A DNA stretch of 64,000 nt from Octopus vulgaris (lineage: Eukaryota): positions 14,136,001-14,200,000 of the forward strand of contig OX597834.1 of assembly GCA_951406725.2 (NCBI GenBank). The letters run 5' to 3'. A program made the position numbers and the translations under genes. Of the stretch, positions 58,611-64,000 are shown piece after piece. The notes beneath the pieces are model-generated. The model searched no databases, was not told the DNA's origin, and was given only the letters and a program-made list of their open reading frames with translations. Within the stretch, counting starts at the first letter, position 1, and every line of letters starts with the position of its first letter.

Positions 58611-58905
58611 GTACATGTGTGTGCGTGTGTAAATGTACTAATGAAAGGCTGTCGCATATTCTAACTTATTTTTGTTTGGTAACCAATCAAACCTGCATAT
58701 TATGCTGAGTAATCGTATATCGATATAGGTACGACGTGTTATCATGCCTCTTCTTTTATACAATAGTTTGAACAATTACTGATATGGATATCATTGATGG
58801 CATTCAAGAAGTTTCAACTTTAAATCAGGTTTTATGTCTGTCTCTCTATATATCTTCGTGTCTGTATATCTATCTATCTATCTATATACAATATATATAT
58901 ATTTC

Positions 58906-58939
<34 letters not shown>

Positions 58940-58940
58940 T

Positions 58941-58980
<40 letters not shown>

Positions 58981-58990
58981 ATTCATATAT
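58106..58990. repeat. ~0.9-kb near-perfect palindrome centred on (TA)n
   Basis: 58321-58576 is the reverse complement of 58609-58864 with 6 substitutions; symmetry continues through the flanking microsatellites. Confidence 0.95.
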
Positions 58991-59488
58991 ATTTATATAT
59001 ATATATATGTATGATATATATATATACATGTAGCTTTGGTTTGTGCTGCAACTATTGTTTAAATTGCGTGCCGTTTTATAGAGTTTTAATATATGAAATT
59101 TTGAATATATATGTAACTGGAAATGTACCGTAGTTTGCTTTGATGGAATATATATGTCGGCGATCAAAAGAAATTGAATGAAAAACATTTTAACTCAATG
59201 CATTTTAAATCAACAATAGTCTTCGAAATTCTATTAATCGCAGCCGTGACTTACAAACGTCTATTTTCTAGCATAGAAGAAAAATTTTTAGCAAGCATTG
59301 TCACATCAGTTTTAGTCATCTCTGCAGCTTAATTTTTGAATAAAGCACTGATTCAACGGAATCTTGTTTGAAATGAAGCAGTAGCACCGCTTTACATTCA
59401 TTTTCGTGCACGCATAACACACTCACACAGGCACGCACATAGACACACACACACACAAAGACACACTTACACACAGACAGACAGACAG

Positions 59489-59530
<42 letters not shown>

Positions 59531-59537
59531 GTATATA

Positions 59538-59652
59538 TCACGTGATCACGTGACCGACCAGACCATCAGATGTTGTTAAACATCGCTGGTCACAATGCGT
59601 TCGCATTGTTTTAGCCTTCGAATCACGCCACCCTGCTGGCTAAGCGAGCAGG

Positions 59653-59656
<4 letters not shown>
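59538..59656 (-). mobile_element. Isolated alternative SINE tail module within (TA)n
   Basis: Homologous to 951-1061; ends in CACGTGAT repeats. Confidence 0.8.
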
Positions 59657-59706
<50 letters not shown>

Positions 59707-60394
59707 AGGAGAAAGAGAGACAGTTATAGATATAGATATAGATTTATATAAAGAGAGAAAGGCAGACTGACAGACATCAGAGTCTTCCTTCAAATAAAAC
59801 AGTAACGCCGTCTACAATCATTTTCCTGCACGCACACACACCCACACATACACACACGCACACACACACACACACACACTTATATATATATATATATATA
59901 TATATATACAAACAGATAGAGTGGTAGTTATAGATTTATATACAGAGAATCAGACAGACAGACAGACAGACACTAAGAGAGAGAGAAAGAGAGAAAGAAA
60001 GAGAGAGCGAGAGAGTGCAGGAGAGAGGTGATAGCTTATTTGTGTGCATCTATCAGCAGCCATCAGCCGCCAATTGAGAGTCGTAATGGCGAAGACGTGA
60101 AAATAGCAGCAGCCAGATTGAACGCAATGATGTTGACTGCGTCAATTAGAATCATACATTTTCCTTTTATCAACATTCGATGAGAACTCAGAGACATTAA
60201 ATACAACGAACTTTAGGTTATGACGTACATTAAAATAACTCACTGCATTTAAGTAGGTCTTACATTGATTTAACTAGGGGTTAGTCGGACTATTGTGATG
60301 TCAGAATACGTGGTCAGGGCGGGGCAGGATTCGACGGCTTCTTACACATTTTATTGCTCAAAAACAATAAACGATGATGGCGATAATATTTGGT

Positions 60395-60838
60395 GGATCT
60401 TTTCGGTTTGAACGCCAGTTTTTTTTTTAATAATTTCTACGTAACTAAAAAATTTTAAACTTCGTATACTGGTAGAATGTGTTTATGAAACATCTTTTTC
60501 TCTTGACTTTATTGAGAAAATTCTATAGTTTGTAAGATATTTGTTGTTTTTTCTTCAATTTCTGCAATTTGAACCAATCAATGATTTCTATTGAGGTAAA
60601 AAAACATTCAGTGCCGTATAAATATGTCCCCCGTTTAAGAAACAGATTGGGTTTATTTACATTTGTAAAGAAAAAAAGATACTCTTCCCCCACCCCTAAC
60701 CATAACCCTAACTAACCCTAACTAATGCTAAACCTAAAACAGATTGAAATGCAATAGATCGATACTAGGGTCATAATTATGGGTGACAATTTCATATGAC
60801 ACCGCTAGAAAAGACTGCCGTTCAAACCGAAAAGATCC
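60395..60838 (-). mobile_element. MITE, second copy in opposite orientation
   Basis: Same TIRs as 26708; TSD TATTTGGT / TATTTGGC. Confidence 0.92.
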
Positions 60839-61385
60839 TATTTGGCTAGTTTAAAAGAAAAGACTCTAAAAGAAAGTGCACTCAAAGAAAAGAGAAGAAA
60901 GCAATGACTACCACTATATTCGGATATGAAACTACTTTTCTTATTAGGTAATTTTAATGTTTCAATGCAAGTTACATGTTTTTCTTCCAATATCCTAGTG
61001 ATCTGTCTACTCATTTGCATTTGCTTATTTCCAGCGACATGAAAAGATTATATCTAAGTCTCTCGACCAGGTAAAGTAGTGCAGTAAAATTATTGGTGAT
61101 AGAAATTACTTATCTATGAAGCATATATCTGATACGCAGCCATTTGGTCACCTGCGACAATTTACTGCAGGAGAATTGTTGTAGGATGACGAATTTGCAG
61201 AGATTTCTACGACACAGCCATAGCAAGACACGTTTTACAGCAACTAATATTGAAAATATTGTTGTTCCATTACATCATTTCTCTTTTAAGCAAATGCTTT
61301 TTCAACACAGTATCTTCCCCATCTCAACGAATAGTGTCCCGTCATGAGTCAAGAGGTTTAGTGATTTTAAAACGTTAATCGTGTA

Positions 61386-61541
61386 TGAGTGGCTGTGTGG
61401 TAAGTAGCTTGCTAACCAACCACATGGTTCCGGGTTGAGTCCCACTGCGTGGCATCTTGAGCAAGTGTCTTCTGCTATAGCCCCGGGCCGACCAATGCCT
61501 TGTGAGTGGATTTGGTAGACGGAAACTGAAAGAAGTCTGTC

Positions 61542-61587
<46 letters not shown>

Positions 61588-61807
61588 GTGTGTGTGTGTT
61601 TGTGTGTCTGTGTTTGTCCCCCTAGCATAGCTTGACAACCGATGCTGGTGTGTTTACGTCCCCGTCACATAGCGGTTCGGCAAAAGAGACCGATAGAATA
61701 AGTACTGGGCTTACAAAGAATAAGTCCCAGGGTCGATTTGCTCGACTGAAGGCGGTGCTCCCGCATCGCCGCAGTCAAATGACTGAAACAAGTAAAAGAG
61801 TAAAAGA

Positions 61808-61810
<3 letters not shown>
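61386..61810 (+). mobile_element. SINE family B, full length
   Basis: A box TGGCTGTGTGG, B-box-like GGGTTGAGTCCC, tail AGTAAAAGAGTAAAAGAG. Confidence 0.93.
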
Positions 61811-61842
<32 letters not shown>

Positions 61843-62081
61843 TAGATAGATAGATAGATAGATGTGTGTGTGTGTGTATACATATATATTGAAAAAGTTT
61901 GCAAAATGCAACAAAAATTTTAGGAAAATAAAAATAAGGAATAAATGGACAGTTTAACTGTGTGTTAAATTATAAGGCAGAAAAAGAAAATGACTCTTCC
62001 CAGACACAACAGAATATGCTTCAACACACGAACTCACATAAAGAATCTTGCAAACCAAATCCCAAAACGAAATATATATAT

Positions 62082-62490
62082 ACTCTTACTCTTTTACTTG
62101 TTTCAGTCACTTGACTGCGGCCATGTTGGAGCACCGCCATTAGTCGAGCAACTCGATCCCGGGACTTATTCTTTTTGTAAGCCCAGTACTTATTCTATCG
62201 GTCTCTTTTTGCCGAACCGCTACGTGACGGGGACATAAACACGCCAGCATCGGTTGTCAAGCAATACTAGGGGGACAAACACAGACACACAGACATATAC
62301 ACACACATACATATATATACATATATACGACAGGCTTCTTTCAGTTTCCGTCTACCAAATCCACTCACAAGGCTTTGGTCGACCCGGGGCTATAGCAGAA
62401 GACACTTGCCCAAGATGCCACGCAGTGGGATTGAACCCGGAACCATGTGGTTGGTAAGCAAGCTACTTACCACACAGCCACTCCTGCGCC
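62082..62490 (-). mobile_element. SINE family B, full length
   Basis: Reverse complement of the preceding copy. Confidence 0.93.
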
Positions 62491-63009
62491 TATATATATA
62501 TAATGCGTTGATTCCGAATACGTCCGTAGATGTTACTGCATTAGGTCTTTTTTCTGCACCTGCAGCATCCGTTGGTTTCAGTTATTATTATGTTAGGTGC
62601 AGCGAGAATATCAAATCTTTTCTGTGCACAGTCATTTCGGTATATTTTCCCCAACACTCTGTTGTTGCAAAATTTTACTCTGACAACGAAGTGAGAAAAG
62701 TTTCTTTCTGTATGAATGTGTTAAATGAACTCTTCTCATATGATTTATATCTATTTTCGGAATTGTAATTACTATAGAAACTGAAGCTGCGAAAAACTGA
62801 TGTATTTAATTTTCTTCTTGGTTTGCTAGTTTTTTGGGGTTTTTTTTTCTTTTTTTTCTGGTGAACTAAACGAACATTGTAAATAAGTGATTGTCACGAT
62901 AGCCTAAAAGAAATACATTCCACCAATGTTTGGTACCAAAAGAATCAGTCTGTCCATAATTGAAAAGAAATCTAACCTGGTGTCATTTAGCTAATCTGTG
63001 TGCCAAATA

Positions 63010-63150
63010 TTGGTTTCAAACCCTAGTACAAGGCCAGTGATTTCAAGACAGTGTGTAGGTCGATTACGTCGACCCAAGTGTTCCACTGGTCCTTCTTTTA
63101 TCGACCCCGAAATGATGAAATGTAAAGTTCACCTTCGCGGAATTTGAAAT
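63010..63150 (-). mobile_element. SINE C, diverged fragment
   Basis: GTCGATTACGTCGACCC...TTTATCGACCCCGAAATGATGAAA. Confidence 0.75.
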
Positions 63151-63498
63151 CTAATCTGTCTCCAAATATTTCTATGATGCTGGTTCGATGCAGCCACATC
63201 GACTGTTACTTATATCGAACTCCGACTTCACACATCAAGAGAAAGGGATTATTTGCGCCTCCGAATCTAGAGACGATATGGCAACGGTTCATCAATGTTT
63301 CGGATCAAAGCAACAAATATACTACACTTAAAGCACAAAATCATAAGCAAAATACTTTGTATTGCTGTACTTTGAAGAAAGGCAAATCCGAAGTGGTTAC
63401 TACACATTACTTGAAGGCATAATGGTTCTGATACTCTGACATAGAACGGAAGACATAATAAAATTTAAAATGAGAAAATCAATATATTTTAATATAGA

Positions 63499-63793
63499 TG
63501 TTGTAAGAAGCTTGCTTCCCAGCCACGTGGTTCCGGGTTCAGTCCCACTCCGTAGCACCTTGGGTAAATGTCTTCTACTATAGCTTCGGGCCGACCAAAG
63601 CCTTGTGAATGGATTTAATAGACGGAAACTGAAAGAAGCCCGTCGTATATTTATATGTATGTATTTGTTATTTGTGTCAGTTTGTCCTCCCACCATAACT
63701 TGACAAACGGTGTTGGTGGGTTTTACGTCCACGTAACTTAGCAGTGGTGTTCCAGCTTGGCGGTAGTTACATGAATGTAACAAATAAAAGAAT
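63499..63793 (+). mobile_element. SINE B with internal deletion
   Basis: GGTTCCGGGTTCAGTCCCAC...GGAAACTGAAAGAAGCCCGTCG. Confidence 0.85.
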
Positions 63794-63949
63794 ATATTCC
63801 AAAGAACTTACAAGAGTTTTGCGAAAGAATTGGTATCTTTTTGTGTGATGCAGTCTGACAGATGCACGCATTTATGCTTATTCCCCACTGCCATTAGTGA
63901 ATAACCGCACACTGTCGAACCTCTAAGTTACCACAGAATTGACACATAA

Positions 63950-64000
63950 GGCGCCGTGATGGCAGAAACGTTAGCACGTCGGGCAGAATGCTTAGCGGTA
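63950..64000 (+). mobile_element. SINE C head (cut by window edge)
   Basis: GGCAGAAACGTTAGCACGTCGGGC. Confidence 0.8.

Overview
AT-rich, microsatellite-dense eukaryotic non-coding DNA. The tRNA-derived SINE families and the (TA)n/(AAT)n/(GATA)n load suggest a cephalopod, probably Octopus (inference). I see no intact protein-coding gene; nearly all ORFs in the track are microsatellite or SINE read-through. Contents: three tRNA-headed SINE families (my labels A, B, C; over 25 copies), DD37D (maT) and mariner relics, two copies of a ~445-bp MITE with an 8-bp TSD, R4/Dong and RTE/BovB-like LINE fragments, a Penelope-like element (PLE) endonuclease relic, and decayed USP48-like and possibly IRG-like coding relics. 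The main signal is six short elements carrying type I hammerhead ribozyme (HHR) folds (CUGANGA, stem II, GAAA, stem III, NUH, stem I). Five end, in ribozyme sense, directly at a (TA)n tract. One is a ~487-bp monomer plus a partial copy starting next to the predicted cleavage site, and one has an inverted arm. This looks like a TA-microsatellite-targeting retrozyme / non-autonomous PLE system. All alignments and folds were done by eye and coordinates of decayed elements are approximate.
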